Assembly: GCA_937967455.1 (NCBI GenBank)
Contig: CALCJK010000009.1
Span: 49,116 to 113,115, forward strand
Origin: an uncultured bacterium
GTDB lineage: Bacteria; Bacteroidota; Ignavibacteria; UBA10030; BY39
DNA length: 64,000 bases
Reading direction: 5' to 3'
Shown here: positions 1 to 10,775 of the stretch, one piece after another
Layout of the letters: each line of letters starts with the position of its first letter
Numbering within the stretch: the stretch's first letter is position 1
Made by a program: the position numbers and the translations under genes
The notes under the pieces: generated by a model
The model's database searches: none
Told to the model about the DNA's origin: nothing
What the model saw: the letters and a program-made list of their open reading frames with translations, nothing else

Positions 1-830
1 AACAGGTTGATTCAGATGAAATTTCTAATAAAACGAAACTAGAGGGAGAACAAATCATCGTAGAGTTTGTGGAACAAACTGAAACGAATTTACCAACTGC
101 AATTGAATCAGTAATGCAGTCTATCGATTTTGAAAATTTAAAAGCCGAAAATAAAGAAGAATTAGATCTAAAAGATGAAAATGAAAAGTTTCAGGAAAAT
201 TTAGTTGAACAACCTGAAGTTGATCTGATACCTGATGAATTAAAAATTGAACCAGATGGTTTAGAACAGCAAGCTAATAAAGAAATTCTAAACATAGAAA
301 TTGAAGGAAGTGCTAAAGAAACAGTTCCGGAAATTGAATCTGAAGAATTTAAAGATCAACCTGAAATTTTATTAAACAGCACAGGTACAACATTCCCAGA
401 GAAAATTGAAGAACCAGTGATAGAAGCAGACAGCTTTAATGCAAGCATTCAATCTTCAACTAAAATAGAAGAGATTTCAAAATCTGATGATTTACAAAGC
501 ATTAATCCTGATCAGGGAATAGTTTCGGAATCGAATTTAAGTGCAGAAGATTCAAAAAAATCAGATCAGCATATTACAAAAATTTTTGAATCTGCGCATG
601 AGGCAACAAAGAAAGAACTTCCTTTAAACCAAACAGAGTTTAATCACGGTCCTGTTCCTGAATTACCTCAAATCGTCTCAGCTACATTAGCTGAAATCTA
701 TGTAAGGCAGGGGGAATTTGAGGAAGCTATCAAAACTTATCGCGCACTGATTCAACTCAGACCAAAACAAAAAGAATTTTTTGAAAAAAAAATTGAGGAA
801 TTGGAGAAGAAATTAAAATCACAAATTTGA
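1..830 (+). CDS. Acidic low-complexity protein with C-terminal TPR (5'-truncated by window edge)
   Basis: Frame is open from position 3 with no stop before the GTG at 69; C-terminus SATLAEIYVRQGEFEEAIKTYRALI is TPR-like. Confidence 0.75.
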   Translation, partial: QVDSDEISNKTKLEGEQIIVEFVEQTETNLPTAIESVMQSIDFENLKAENKEELDLKDENEKFQENLVEQPEVDLIPDELKIEPDGLEQQANKEILNIEIEGSAKETVPEIESEEFKDQPEILLNSTGTTFPEKIEEPVIEADSFNASIQSSTKIEEISKSDDLQSINPDQGIVSESNLSAEDSKKSDQHITKIFESAHEATKKELPLNQTEFNHGPVPELPQIVSATLAEIYVRQGEFEEAIKTYRALIQLRPKQKEFFEKKIEELEKKLKSQI

Positions 831-871
831 TTTTTTATTGATATAGGTTCAATATATTAAGAAAGAAATGT

Positions 872-3799
872 ATGAGCATTCAAAAAAAATTCATATACAT
901 CTTAGTATCTCTTGTATTTTTCTCAAATCTATTAATGATTAAAATTATCAACCCGATTGAATCCTTACTATCTATAAACCATATCTTACCCTCATTGTTA
1001 TCAAGTGTAATCCTGTTCATAAGTCTGAATTATCTAAGAAAAACACAGGAAATTTTATCCAGCTCGCAGATTAAGAGTAATGAAAGAGAACTTCGATATC
1101 AAACACTATTTCAATCCGCAAACGATGCAATATTTATCATGGAGGGTGAAACGTTTATCGACTGTAATCAAAAGACCTTGGAGGTATTTGGTTGTAAGCG
1201 TGAAGATATAATTGGACAACCGCCATATAAGTTTTCACCAATATGGCAACCAGATGGTCGGAATTCAAAAACAAAAGCTCTGGAATTTATTTCGGAAGCA
1301 CTCAAAGGTAATCCTCAGTTTTTTGAATGGAAACATATAAAATTAGATGGAACTCCGTTTGATGCAGAAGTTTCCTTAAATAAATTGGAAATATCAGGTA
1401 AGGCGTATATCCAGGCGATCGTTAGAGATGTTACAGCCCGAAAAAAAGCAGAAATTGCTATGCATGAGTCCATTACGCATCTGAGAATGATGAATGAGCA
1501 ATTACCGGCTTTGATTTGGACTACAGATAGAAATTTAAATCTGCGTACTTTGACAGGTTCTAATTTGAAACAAATGAAAATTGAGGCTTCCCAATTTATT
1601 GGAAAGGGAATTGCAGAGTTTTTTATGATTACTGATCCATATTCTCCAATAATTCAGAACCATATTTTAGCTTTAAGAGGTCAGAGTCTTTCGTTTGAAT
1701 TTATGTATAATGGGTTAATTTACCGAGCTACCGTTGAAGCATTAAAAAATATACAAGGCCAGATTGAAGGAGCGATCTGTGTTGCACAGGATATCACTGA
1801 AGAAAGAAAAGCTCTTGAAGAGGTAAGAAAAAAAGATGAATTGTATAAACTTTTAGTTCAAAATGCAAATGACGGAATTTATTTATTAAAGAATAAGAAT
1901 TTTGTATTCGTAAATCCCAAATTTGAAGAGATTACAGGTTATAAAGCTGAAGAGGTGTGTGATCAAAATTTCAATATGATGGAAATAATAACACCTGAGT
2001 ATAGAAAGATTATTGAGCAAAGAGCTGAAGCTAGAAAAAGAGGAGAAAATATTCCCCCACAGTACAAATTTGAGATTATAGCAAAAAGTGGGGAAATAAA
2101 ATTGGTGGAAGTAAACACCGTTCCATTAAAAATTTCCGAAAATGAAGTTCAAGTTCTGGGAATATTAAGGGATATTACTGATGAAAGAAAATTTCGTCAA
2201 ATTCAGGAGAAATTACAATTACAGTTGGAAATATTTTTTAAAGCCTCAATGGATGGATGTTTCTTTATGTTAGTTCCCGAAGGTGAGGAATTTTATTGGA
2301 ATCAATCAAACGACAAAGATAAGACACTTGAGCATATTTTTAAAACTCAGCAATTGACAATGGTTAATAATGCGTTTGTACAACAATATTTAGCGAAGGA
2401 TGAGAATGAATTGTTAGGTAAAACACCTGCAGAGCTTTTTAAAAATCAGCTGGAAGATGCAAAAAAAATCTGGTCTGAATTGTATGATAATGGTTATTTA
2501 CGAAAGGTTATAAAAGCAAATAAATTGACTGGTGAAGAAATGTGGCTTGATGTACAATATGTTGTGATGTATGATCAGGAAGGTAGGATATTTGGCCATT
2601 TTGGAATCCAGAAAGATATAACTAAAGATTTACAAGAAGAAGCAGAGAGGAAAAAACTTGAAAAGATGCTTATGCAAGCTCAAAAACTGGAAGCACTTGG
2701 CACTTTGTCCGGAGGTATTGCTCACGATATGAACAATATTTTAAGTATAATTAAAGGAGCAGTCGAGTTAGCTAGAATTAAAAGTGAAAACAAAGATGTG
2801 CTGCATTACCTTAACATGATTAATAACTCAGTTGAAAGAGGTGTGAGTGTTGTAAAACAACTGCTCTTCTTCTCTAAAGCGAAAGAGCCTCAGATGTTAG
2901 TTTTATCTCCAAAAAAGTTGTTGATGGATATCAGGGATATTTTGTATTCGACTTTTCCAAAAAATATTGCAATTGAAATAAAAGATGAGGTATCAGAAAT
3001 TTATTTCATCAATGGGGATGAGGGTTTATTACAACAAGCAATATTAAACCTTGCAATTAACTCTCGTGATGCAATGCCAGAAGGTGGTAAAATTATTTTT
3101 GAATTAAAAAGTAGTTCAAGTTCTGAAATTAAAGCAAAATTTGGAATTGATACTAATGAAGATTTTGTTGCTGTTAGTATAACTGATACTGGTTCAGGAA
3201 TGGATGAAGATACATTAAACAAAATTTTCGATCCATTTTTTACTACTAAAGGTCCTGGTAAAGGTACAGGACTTGGTTTATCAATAGTCTATAGAATTGT
3301 AACTCAACATAAAGGGTACATTGATGTAAGAAGTAAAATCAATGAGGGTACTACTTTTGTAATTTATCTTCCAATAATCAAGAAAAAATTTGATGATTTT
3401 CGTAAAACAGATCAGATTGTAAAAAATCTTACAGGTAAAACTATACTAATAATTGATGATGAAACTATGCTTCGTGAGCTGTTAAAAGAAATGTTATTAG
3501 ATGCTGGTTTCAAAGTAATAACAGCTAAGGACGGTTTAGAGGGCGTTGAAATATACAAACAGAATCAGAACAATATCGATCTTGTAATAAGCGACATAGG
3601 TATGCCGCGAATGGGAGGTGAAGAAACATTTAAAAGAATTAAAGCAATTAATCCTTCAGTGAAATTAATTTTTATTTCTGGATTTTTAGAAATTGATAAG
3701 AAACAAGAACTAGAAAAGTTGGGAATTAGCGGTTTTATACAAAAACCATTTAAAGCACAAGAAATGTTACAATTGTTAAATAAAATATTTTCAGAATAA
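872..3799 (+). CDS. Hybrid sensor histidine kinase/response regulator with N-terminal TM segments and about 4 PAS domains
   Basis: H-box [10 protein letters not shown]-box [15 protein letters not shown]-boxes DTGSGM and FFTTK..GTGLGL, C-terminal REC (IIDDE..SDIGMP..KPF). Confidence 0.93.
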   Translation: MSIQKKFIYILVSLVFFSNLLMIKIINPIESLLSINHILPSLLSSVILFISLNYLRKTQEILSSSQIKSNERELRYQTLFQSANDAIFIMEGETFIDCNQKTLEVFGCKREDIIGQPPYKFSPIWQPDGRNSKTKALEFISEALKGNPQFFEWKHIKLDGTPFDAEVSLNKLEISGKAYIQAIVRDVTARKKAEIAMHESITHLRMMNEQLPALIWTTDRNLNLRTLTGSNLKQMKIEASQFIGKGIAEFFMITDPYSPIIQNHILALRGQSLSFEFMYNGLIYRATVEALKNIQGQIEGAICVAQDITEERKALEEVRKKDELYKLLVQNANDGIYLLKNKNFVFVNPKFEEITGYKAEEVCDQNFNMMEIITPEYRKIIEQRAEARKRGENIPPQYKFEIIAKSGEIKLVEVNTVPLKISENEVQVLGILRDITDERKFRQIQEKLQLQLEIFFKASMDGCFFMLVPEGEEFYWNQSNDKDKTLEHIFKTQQLTMVNNAFVQQYLAKDENELLGKTPAELFKNQLEDAKKIWSELYDNGYLRKVIKANKLTGEEMWLDVQYVVMYDQEGRIFGHFGIQKDITKDLQEEAERKKLEKMLMQAQKLEALGTLSGGIAHDMNNILSIIKGAVELARIKSENKDVLHYLNMINNSVERGVSVVKQLLFFSKAKEPQMLVLSPKKLLMDIRDILYSTFPKNIAIEIKDEVSEIYFINGDEGLLQQAILNLAINSRDAMPEGGKIIFELKSSSSSEIKAKFGIDTNEDFVAVSITDTGSGMDEDTLNKIFDPFFTTKGPGKGTGLGLSIVYRIVTQHKGYIDVRSKINEGTTFVIYLPIIKKKFDDFRKTDQIVKNLTGKTILIIDDETMLRELLKEMLLDAGFKVITAKDGLEGVEIYKQNQNNIDLVISDIGMPRMGGEETFKRIKAINPSVKLIFISGFLEIDKKQELEKLGISGFIQKPFKAQEMLQLLNKIFSE

Positions 3800-3802
3800 T
3801 AG

Positions 3803-4468
3803 ATGTGTGGTAGATTTTCTTTAAAAAGCACAATTCAAGCTATAGAAGATGAGTTTGATATTGAAAAAGTGGATATTCCCGTTCAAGCTCGTTATAATAT
3901 AGCTCCATCCCAAAATGTATCTGTTGTAGTATTTGATGGTGTAAGATGTTTGAAAACTTTTAAGTGGGGATTGATACCTCCATGGGCAAAGGATCCATCT
4001 ATTGGGAATAGAATGATAAATGCACGTGCAGAAACACTAACGACAAAAATTTCGTTTAAAAATTTGCTAAAAAAATCTAGATGCCTTGTCATTGCTGATG
4101 GATTCTATGAGTGGGAAAAAGGAACTACAGCTAAAAACCCTTATTATTTTTATTTAAAATCTATGAAACCATTCGGATTTGCAGGATTGTGGAGTGTGTG
4201 GAGTAAACCTGATGGAGAAAAAATTTTTACCTGTACGATTATTACTGTTGAACCAAACAGTATAGTTGGAAAAATTCATAATCGAATGCCAGCAATATTA
4301 TTTAAATCCGATTATCAACTCTGGTTAGATAATTTATATTCAGATGAGAAAGACCTAATTAAAGTTCTTAAACCATATCCGAGTGAAGAGATGGGATTTC
4401 ATAAAGTATCAAGAAGAGTAAATTCACCTTCAAATGATAATCCCGAATGTGTCGAGCCTGTTGAGTAA
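3803..4468 (+). CDS. SOS response-associated peptidase (SRAP/YedK/HMCES abasic-site protein)
   Basis: N-terminal MCGRF, RYNIAPSQ, INARAET, DGFYEW, IHNRMP. Confidence 0.93.
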   Translation: MCGRFSLKSTIQAIEDEFDIEKVDIPVQARYNIAPSQNVSVVVFDGVRCLKTFKWGLIPPWAKDPSIGNRMINARAETLTTKISFKNLLKKSRCLVIADGFYEWEKGTTAKNPYYFYLKSMKPFGFAGLWSVWSKPDGEKIFTCTIITVEPNSIVGKIHNRMPAILFKSDYQLWLDNLYSDEKDLIKVLKPYPSEEMGFHKVSRRVNSPSNDNPECVEPVE

Positions 4469-4474
4469 TATTAT

Positions 4475-4503
4475 TTGCCTTTCTTACCAATTATTGCTAA
4501 ATT
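4475..4503 (+). promoter_or_regulatory. Putative sigma70 promoter of gap-pgk
   Basis: TTGCCT-17 bp-TAAATT with TG extension. Confidence 0.45.
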
Positions 4504-4527
4504 TATAAAGATTTTTTAATAAATTAG

Positions 4528-5568
<1,041 letters not shown>

Positions 5569-5584
5569 TAGACTGGGGTAGTTT

Positions 5585-6778
5585 ATGAATAAAATGACGA
5601 TCGATGATATCAACCTAAAGTCAAAAAATGTTTTGGTTAGGGTGGACTTTAATGTTCCAATTGAGAATGGTTTGGTAACAGATAGTACACGTATTATTGA
5701 ATCACTACCAACAATAAAGAAAATAATATCAGAAGGTGGAAGAGCAATCTTAATGAGTCACCTTGGACGACCTAAAGGCAAACCAGATCCTAAATATTCT
5801 CTGCTTCCTGTGGCTAAAAGAGCTTCTGAGCTTTTAGGGATTGAAGTAAAATTTGCGAACGACTGTATTGGAGAGGTTGCAAAAAAAGCAGTTAATAGTT
5901 TAAAAGATGGTGAATGTTTACTTCTTGAAAATTTGCGTTTTCATCCTGAAGAAGAAGAAAATAAAGAAGCTTTTGCAAGAGAATTAGCATCACTTGGTGA
6001 TATATATGTAAATGATGCTTTTGGTAGTGCACACCGAGCACACGCATCAACGGAAGGTATAACTAAGTTCATAAAACCTGCAGTTGCAGGTTACCTGATG
6101 CAAAAAGAACTGAACTATTTAGGTAAGGCTCTTGAAAATCCTGATAGGCCATTCACTGCAATTTTAGGTGGTGCTAAGGTCTCGGGTAAAATTGATGTCA
6201 TACAAAACCTTATGAATAAAGTGGATACACTTATCATTGGTGGTGGTATGGCATATACTTTCTTTAAAGCTCAGGGCTTTGAAGTCGGTAATTCTCTGGT
6301 CGAATCAGATAAACTTGATTTGGCTAAATCTATACTAACTGAAGTAAAAAATAAGAGAATTAAATTTCTTCTACCAGTTGATTGTGTAATAGCAGACGAG
6401 TTTAAAGATGATGCTCATAAAGAAGTAGTAAAAATTTCAGCAATTAAACCTGGATGGCAAGGAATGGATATAGGTCCTGAATCCATTAAAATTTTCTCAG
6501 AAGAAATTTTAAAATCAAAAACTATAGTATGGAATGGACCTATGGGTGTATTTGAAATGGAAAATTTTGCAGTTGGCACTTATGAAATAGCAAAATCGCT
6601 TGCATTAGCCACAAAAAATGGAGCTATTACAATCGTTGGTGGTGGGGATTCAGCCGCAGCAATTACAAAATTTGGTCTTGAAAAATCAGTTTCACATGTT
6701 TCCACAGGTGGAGGGGCATCTCTAGAATTTCTGGAAGGTAAAGTGTTACCCGGAGTTGCCGCTCTCACAAATAAATAA
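5585..6778 (+). CDS. pgk: Phosphoglycerate kinase
   Basis: [33 protein letters not shown]. Confidence 0.97.
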   Translation: MNKMTIDDINLKSKNVLVRVDFNVPIENGLVTDSTRIIESLPTIKKIISEGGRAILMSHLGRPKGKPDPKYSLLPVAKRASELLGIEVKFANDCIGEVAKKAVNSLKDGECLLLENLRFHPEEEENKEAFARELASLGDIYVNDAFGSAHRAHASTEGITKFIKPAVAGYLMQKELNYLGKALENPDRPFTAILGGAKVSGKIDVIQNLMNKVDTLIIGGGMAYTFFKAQGFEVGNSLVESDKLDLAKSILTEVKNKRIKFLLPVDCVIADEFKDDAHKEVVKISAIKPGWQGMDIGPESIKIFSEEILKSKTIVWNGPMGVFEMENFAVGTYEIAKSLALATKNGAITIVGGGDSAAAITKFGLEKSVSHVSTGGGASLEFLEGKVLPGVAALTNK

Positions 6779-6785
6779 TCTTTAA

Positions 6786-6821
6786 TGTTGCTGATGAGTT
6801 TAAATTAATTCATCAGCAACA
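6786..6821. terminator. Hairpin after pgk (terminator or processing site)
   Basis: 12-bp inverted repeat TGTTGCTGATGA...TCATCAGCAACA; no + strand U-tract. Confidence 0.5.
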
Positions 6822-6838
6822 AAATATATTATTGAAAA

Positions 6839-7741
6839 TTGTCATATTATCAAACATATAATTATTATCGTCCTTCTCTATTTGGTGGTTTTAGATTCTT
6901 TCCACCAGTAATTAAATCATTATTAATTGCTAATGCAGGGATTTTCATTTTTGTTTATATAATGAATTTTTTTAGCATAGGCGGGGTTCCAGTCTCTTAT
7001 ATTATAAGATCAATTTTTGCCTTATTTCCATTATTTACTCCTATATCTGGAATGCCAGGTTTTCATATCTGGCAATTGATTACATACATGTTTTTGCATG
7101 CTGGAATTATGCACTTATTTATTAATATGTTTGCTTTGTGGATGTTTGGAATGGAATTAGAAAATAACTGGGGCTCAAAACGATTTCTATTTTTTTATTT
7201 TGCTTGTGGAATTATTGCTGGAATAAGTAACCTTCTTTTGGGTCCGATTTTTGGACAGGAGGGTGCCACAATTGGTGCCTCAGGTGCAGTTTATGGAATA
7301 CTTCTCGCTTACGGTATTATTTTTCCTAATAGACAAATATACATATATTTTCTATTTCCTATTCGAGCAAAATATTTTGTGATGTTGTTTATAGGACTTG
7401 AAATATTTGCAGGTGTAACTGGTACCCAAGATGGAATTGCACATTTTGCACATCTTGGTGGTGCAGCTGGCGGTTATCTACTTTTAGTTTTAGAAAAATA
7501 TAAACCACAAATCTATCGTTATATAAAGGATTTTTTAAAAATCTATCAAAAACCAGAACGATTTTCTCAACCTAAAAAAGAAGATGTATCTGAGGCTAAA
7601 TACCTTGACATAGATAATATTGGCCCAGAAGATTTGCAGAAAAAATTGGATGAAATATTAGATAAAATTGGAAAAGTTGGTTATCAAAATTTAACAGAAG
7701 ATGAAAAGAAAATTTTAAGTGAAGCAAGCAAAAAATTATAG
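6839..7741 (+). CDS. Rhomboid family intramembrane serine protease with soluble C-terminal domain
   Basis: WQLITYMFLH, GASG catalytic Ser, AHFAHLGG; tail LDEILDKIGKVGYQNLTEDEK. Confidence 0.92.
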   Translation: MSYYQTYNYYRPSLFGGFRFFPPVIKSLLIANAGIFIFVYIMNFFSIGGVPVSYIIRSIFALFPLFTPISGMPGFHIWQLITYMFLHAGIMHLFINMFALWMFGMELENNWGSKRFLFFYFACGIIAGISNLLLGPIFGQEGATIGASGAVYGILLAYGIIFPNRQIYIYFLFPIRAKYFVMLFIGLEIFAGVTGTQDGIAHFAHLGGAAGGYLLLVLEKYKPQIYRYIKDFLKIYQKPERFSQPKKEDVSEAKYLDIDNIGPEDLQKKLDEILDKIGKVGYQNLTEDEKKILSEASKKL

Positions 7742-7752
7742 AAAAATTTAAT

Positions 7753-8850
7753 ATGATTATAGAAAGAAATATTAATCACGAAACATACAAAGTCGGAATT
7801 AGAAAGAAAACTCGACAGGTAAATGTTGGGGGGGTTAAGATTGGAGGCGATGCACCAATTTCAGTTCAGACTATGACAAAGACAAAAACCTCTGATGTTG
7901 AAGCTACAGTTAAACAGATTCTTGAAGCGGCTGAGGCTGGTTGTGATATTATTCGAGTTACCGTTAATGATAAGGAAGCCGCTAAGGCAATGCCGAAAAT
8001 TGTAATGAAATCACCAATTCCTGTGGTAGCAGATATCCATTTTAATCATATATTCGCTTTGCATGCGATTGATGCAGGTGTGGCAAAAGTTAGAATTAAT
8101 CCCGGTAACATTGGTTCAAAGGATAGAATTAAACAAGTGTTAGATGCTGCCAAATCTAGATGTATTCCAATCAGAATTGGTGTAAATTCTGGCTCTCTTG
8201 AAGAAGATATTTTGAATAAATACGGTTATCCAACTGCTGAAGCTCTATACGAAAGTGCACTAAGACATATTCAAATATGTGAGGAATTTGATTTTCAGGA
8301 TATAGTTGTATCAGTAAAATCGACCGATGTAAAATTAATGATTGAAGCATACCGACTACTTGCTGAAAGAGTAGATCTACCTTTACATCTTGGAGTGACT
8401 GAGGCTGGACCTACAAAATCTGGTACTATAAAATCTGCAATAGGTATTGGGACTTTACTTGCAGAGGGTATAGGTGATACGATTAGAGTTTCACTTACAG
8501 ACGACCCGGTAAAAGAAGTTGAGGTGGGTAAAGAAATACTTCGTTCACTTAGTCTCGCTTCCAGAAATATTGAATTAATTGCATGTCCTACATGTGGGAG
8601 GCTTGAAGTAGATCTTTTTAAAATTGTTGGTGAGCTTGAAGAGAAACTGGCTCATGAAAAAAAACCTATTAAAATTGCAATATTAGGCTGTGTTGTTAAC
8701 GGACCAGGAGAAGCAAGTGAAGCTGATATTGGAATAGCTGCAGGAAAAGGTGTAGCAATTCTCTATCGTAAAGGAGAGATGATAAAAAAAATTAAAGAAG
8801 AAGATATTGTAAGTACACTCCTCGAAGAAGTTCAAAATTTTAAAGTATAA
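7753..8850 (+). CDS. ispG: 4-hydroxy-3-methylbut-2-en-1-yl diphosphate synthase
   Basis: RINPGNIG, RIGVNSGSL, CPTCGR, GCVVNGPGE. Confidence 0.97.
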   Translation: MIIERNINHETYKVGIRKKTRQVNVGGVKIGGDAPISVQTMTKTKTSDVEATVKQILEAAEAGCDIIRVTVNDKEAAKAMPKIVMKSPIPVVADIHFNHIFALHAIDAGVAKVRINPGNIGSKDRIKQVLDAAKSRCIPIRIGVNSGSLEEDILNKYGYPTAEALYESALRHIQICEEFDFQDIVVSVKSTDVKLMIEAYRLLAERVDLPLHLGVTEAGPTKSGTIKSAIGIGTLLAEGIGDTIRVSLTDDPVKEVEVGKEILRSLSLASRNIELIACPTCGRLEVDLFKIVGELEEKLAHEKKPIKIAILGCVVNGPGEASEADIGIAAGKGVAILYRKGEMIKKIKEEDIVSTLLEEVQNFKV

Positions 8851-8910
8851 CTAAATTTGTTTAAATAAAGATTCCATTTAAAAATAAATTAATTTTAAAG
8901 GGGTTTTGTT

Positions 8911-10005
8911 ATGGGATTTAAATGTGGAATAGTAGGTTTGCCAAATGTCGGTAAATCAACAATATTTAATGCCATTACATCTGGGAATTCTCTTATTGGT
9001 AATTTTCCATTTACTACTAAAGAACCTCATTTGGGAGTAGTAAATGTTCCAGATGAGCGATTAAAGGAACTTGCAAGAATATTTAATCCTCCCAAAGTAA
9101 TACCTACTATCTTAGAATTCGTAGATATTGCAGGACTTGTGAAAGGGGCAAGTAAAGGGGAAGGTTTGGGGAATCAGTTTTTATCTCACATTCGTGATGT
9201 TGATGCCATTGCACATGTTGTTAGGTGCTTCGAAAATGATAATGTGGTTCACTCCTATGGTACAGTGGATCCAAAAAGAGATATCGAAATAGTAGAAACA
9301 GAATTAATTTTAAAAGACATTGAGACAATTGATAAAAATTTAAGTGAACTTGAAAGACAGGCAAAATCGGGAGACAAAAAAGTTAAACACAATATCGAGG
9401 TATGTAGAAAATTAAAAGAACATTTATCAACAGGAAAACTTGCAAGGATGTTGAATTTGGATGAAGAAGAAAAAGAGTTAGCATGTAATTTCAATCTTTT
9501 AACCTCTAAACCAGTAATGTTTGTGGCAAATGCGGATGAAGACGGTTTACTAAATGGAAATGATTATATAAAGATAGTTGAAGAATTAGCAGTTTATAGA
9601 GGATCTACGGTTATTGTTGTTGATGGTGAGATGGAATCGGAAATTGCTGATTTGAATTATGAAGAGAGGGAGAAATTTTTAAAAGATCTTGGCATACAAA
9701 AATCCAGTTTAGATAAAATTATAAAACAGGGATATTTTATATTGGATTTGGTAACTTTTTACACTCATAATGATAAGGAGTTGAGAGCATGGACAGTTAA
9801 GAAAGGGACGAAAGCTCCTCAGGCTGGTGGTAAAATACATTCAGATTTTGAGAGGGGATTTATAAAAGTTGAGGTTATTAAGTACAAGGATTTAATCCAG
9901 GTAAAATCAGAAAATTTATTGAAAGAAATGGGACTATTGGAAGTTCATGGAAAGGATTATATTGTCCAAGATGGAGATATTTTATATTACAGGTTTAATG
10001 TTTAA
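8911..10005 (+). CDS. ychF: Redox-regulated ATPase YchF
   Basis: GLPNVGKST, DIAGLVKGASKGEGLGNQFL, IHSDFERGFI. Confidence 0.95.
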   Translation: MGFKCGIVGLPNVGKSTIFNAITSGNSLIGNFPFTTKEPHLGVVNVPDERLKELARIFNPPKVIPTILEFVDIAGLVKGASKGEGLGNQFLSHIRDVDAIAHVVRCFENDNVVHSYGTVDPKRDIEIVETELILKDIETIDKNLSELERQAKSGDKKVKHNIEVCRKLKEHLSTGKLARMLNLDEEEKELACNFNLLTSKPVMFVANADEDGLLNGNDYIKIVEELAVYRGSTVIVVDGEMESEIADLNYEEREKFLKDLGIQKSSLDKIIKQGYFILDLVTFYTHNDKELRAWTVKKGTKAPQAGGKIHSDFERGFIKVEVIKYKDLIQVKSENLLKEMGLLEVHGKDYIVQDGDILYYRFNV

Positions 10006-10008
10006 AAA

Positions 10009-10087
10009 GGGGAGCCCGATGAATTGTTAGAGGATAGGCGGGAGGCGAAACCGTATCCTCACCCAGAGTTGGGATTCACCGGGCTTG
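10009..10087 (-). ncRNA. Candidate structured RNA (three-way junction), unassigned; may also act as terminator
   Basis: GC-rich patch; 12-bp closing stem 10013-24/10074-85 (G-U on minus, A-C on plus), stem GAGGATA/TATCCTC, hairpin CCCA-GAGT-TGGG, minus-strand U-tract follows. Confidence 0.5.
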
Positions 10088-10108
10088 TTAAATAAAATAA
10101 AACGCTTA

Positions 10109-10435
10109 TTAAGGAATTCCTAAAATCTTTTTTGCATCTTCGGACATCATATTTGGGTTCCACATTGGTTCCCAGACAATTCTAACATCAGCGTCTTTGA
10201 TTCCTGGTATCTGAAGTAATCTGTTTCTGACATTCTGTGAAATCCATGTATGAGCTGGACACCCAGGAGCTGTCAGTGTCATTTTAACTCCAACCCAATC
10301 ATCTATTAACTTGACATCATATACTAAACCTAGATCTACTATATTAACTGGTATTTCAGGGTCATAACATTCCCTTAAAGCATTATATACTTCTTCTTCT
10401 GTAACTTGTGCATTATTTTTGGATTCTTGCTCCAT
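10109..10435 (-). CDS. DUF59/SufT/MIP18-family Fe-S cluster assembly factor
   Basis: YDPEIPVNIVDLGLVY, MTLTAPGCP, VWEPMW. Confidence 0.93.
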   Translation of the reverse strand: MEQESKNNAQVTEEEVYNALRECYDPEIPVNIVDLGLVYDVKLIDDWVGVKMTLTAPGCPAHTWISQNVRNRLLQIPGIKDADVRIVWEPMWNPNMMSEDAKKILGIP

Positions 10436-10464
10436 ATGTAGCCTTCATTTTTTATACTTTGCTA

Positions 10465-10493
10465 ATTATAAAATATTTTTTCTTAATTGTCAA
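10465..10493 (-). promoter_or_regulatory. Perfect-consensus sigma70 promoter of the sufT-like gene
   Basis: Minus strand TTGACA (10493-10488), 17 bp, TATAAT (10470-10465). Confidence 0.75.
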
Positions 10494-10581
10494 GAGGTTT
10501 TAAAGTAGTTAATTATCAAAAAAAATTTTTGTTGAAAATTTTTATTTCAATCCGTAAATAATTTTATATTTTTAATTGGTA

Positions 10582-10764
10582 CTATTGCTTAATTATCTTT
10601 TTTAAAGAACAATTGTTTTTATGATAGCATAAATTGCAATTAGTTTCAATTTTTTCTAATTGATTAAAACATCTTGGGCATTTTTCAACAAATGGATTTT
10701 CTATTTTCAATTTACATATCGAACAAACTCGAATTTCTGATTTTAATTTTTCTTCAAAGTTCAT
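10582..10764 (-). CDS. Small Cys-rich protein downstream of feoB (FeoC-like candidate)
   Basis: CxxC..CxxC..CxxC-x5-C; starts 11 bp after the feoB stop. Confidence 0.65.
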   Translation of the reverse strand: MNFEEKLKSEIRVCSICKLKIENPFVEKCPRCFNQLEKIETNCNLCYHKNNCSLKKIIKQ

Positions 10765-10775
10765 ATGCTGAGATT

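Noticed and set aside
10016-10052. Hammerhead ribozyme (CCGATGA...GAAAC)
   Set aside because: No stem II can form between the two core motifs, and no stem III/UH arrangement is present
10013-10085. tRNA or SRP RNA call for the 73-nt element
   Set aside because: No T-loop, D-loop or cloverleaf, and no SRP helix-8 CAGG..GNRA..AGCAG core
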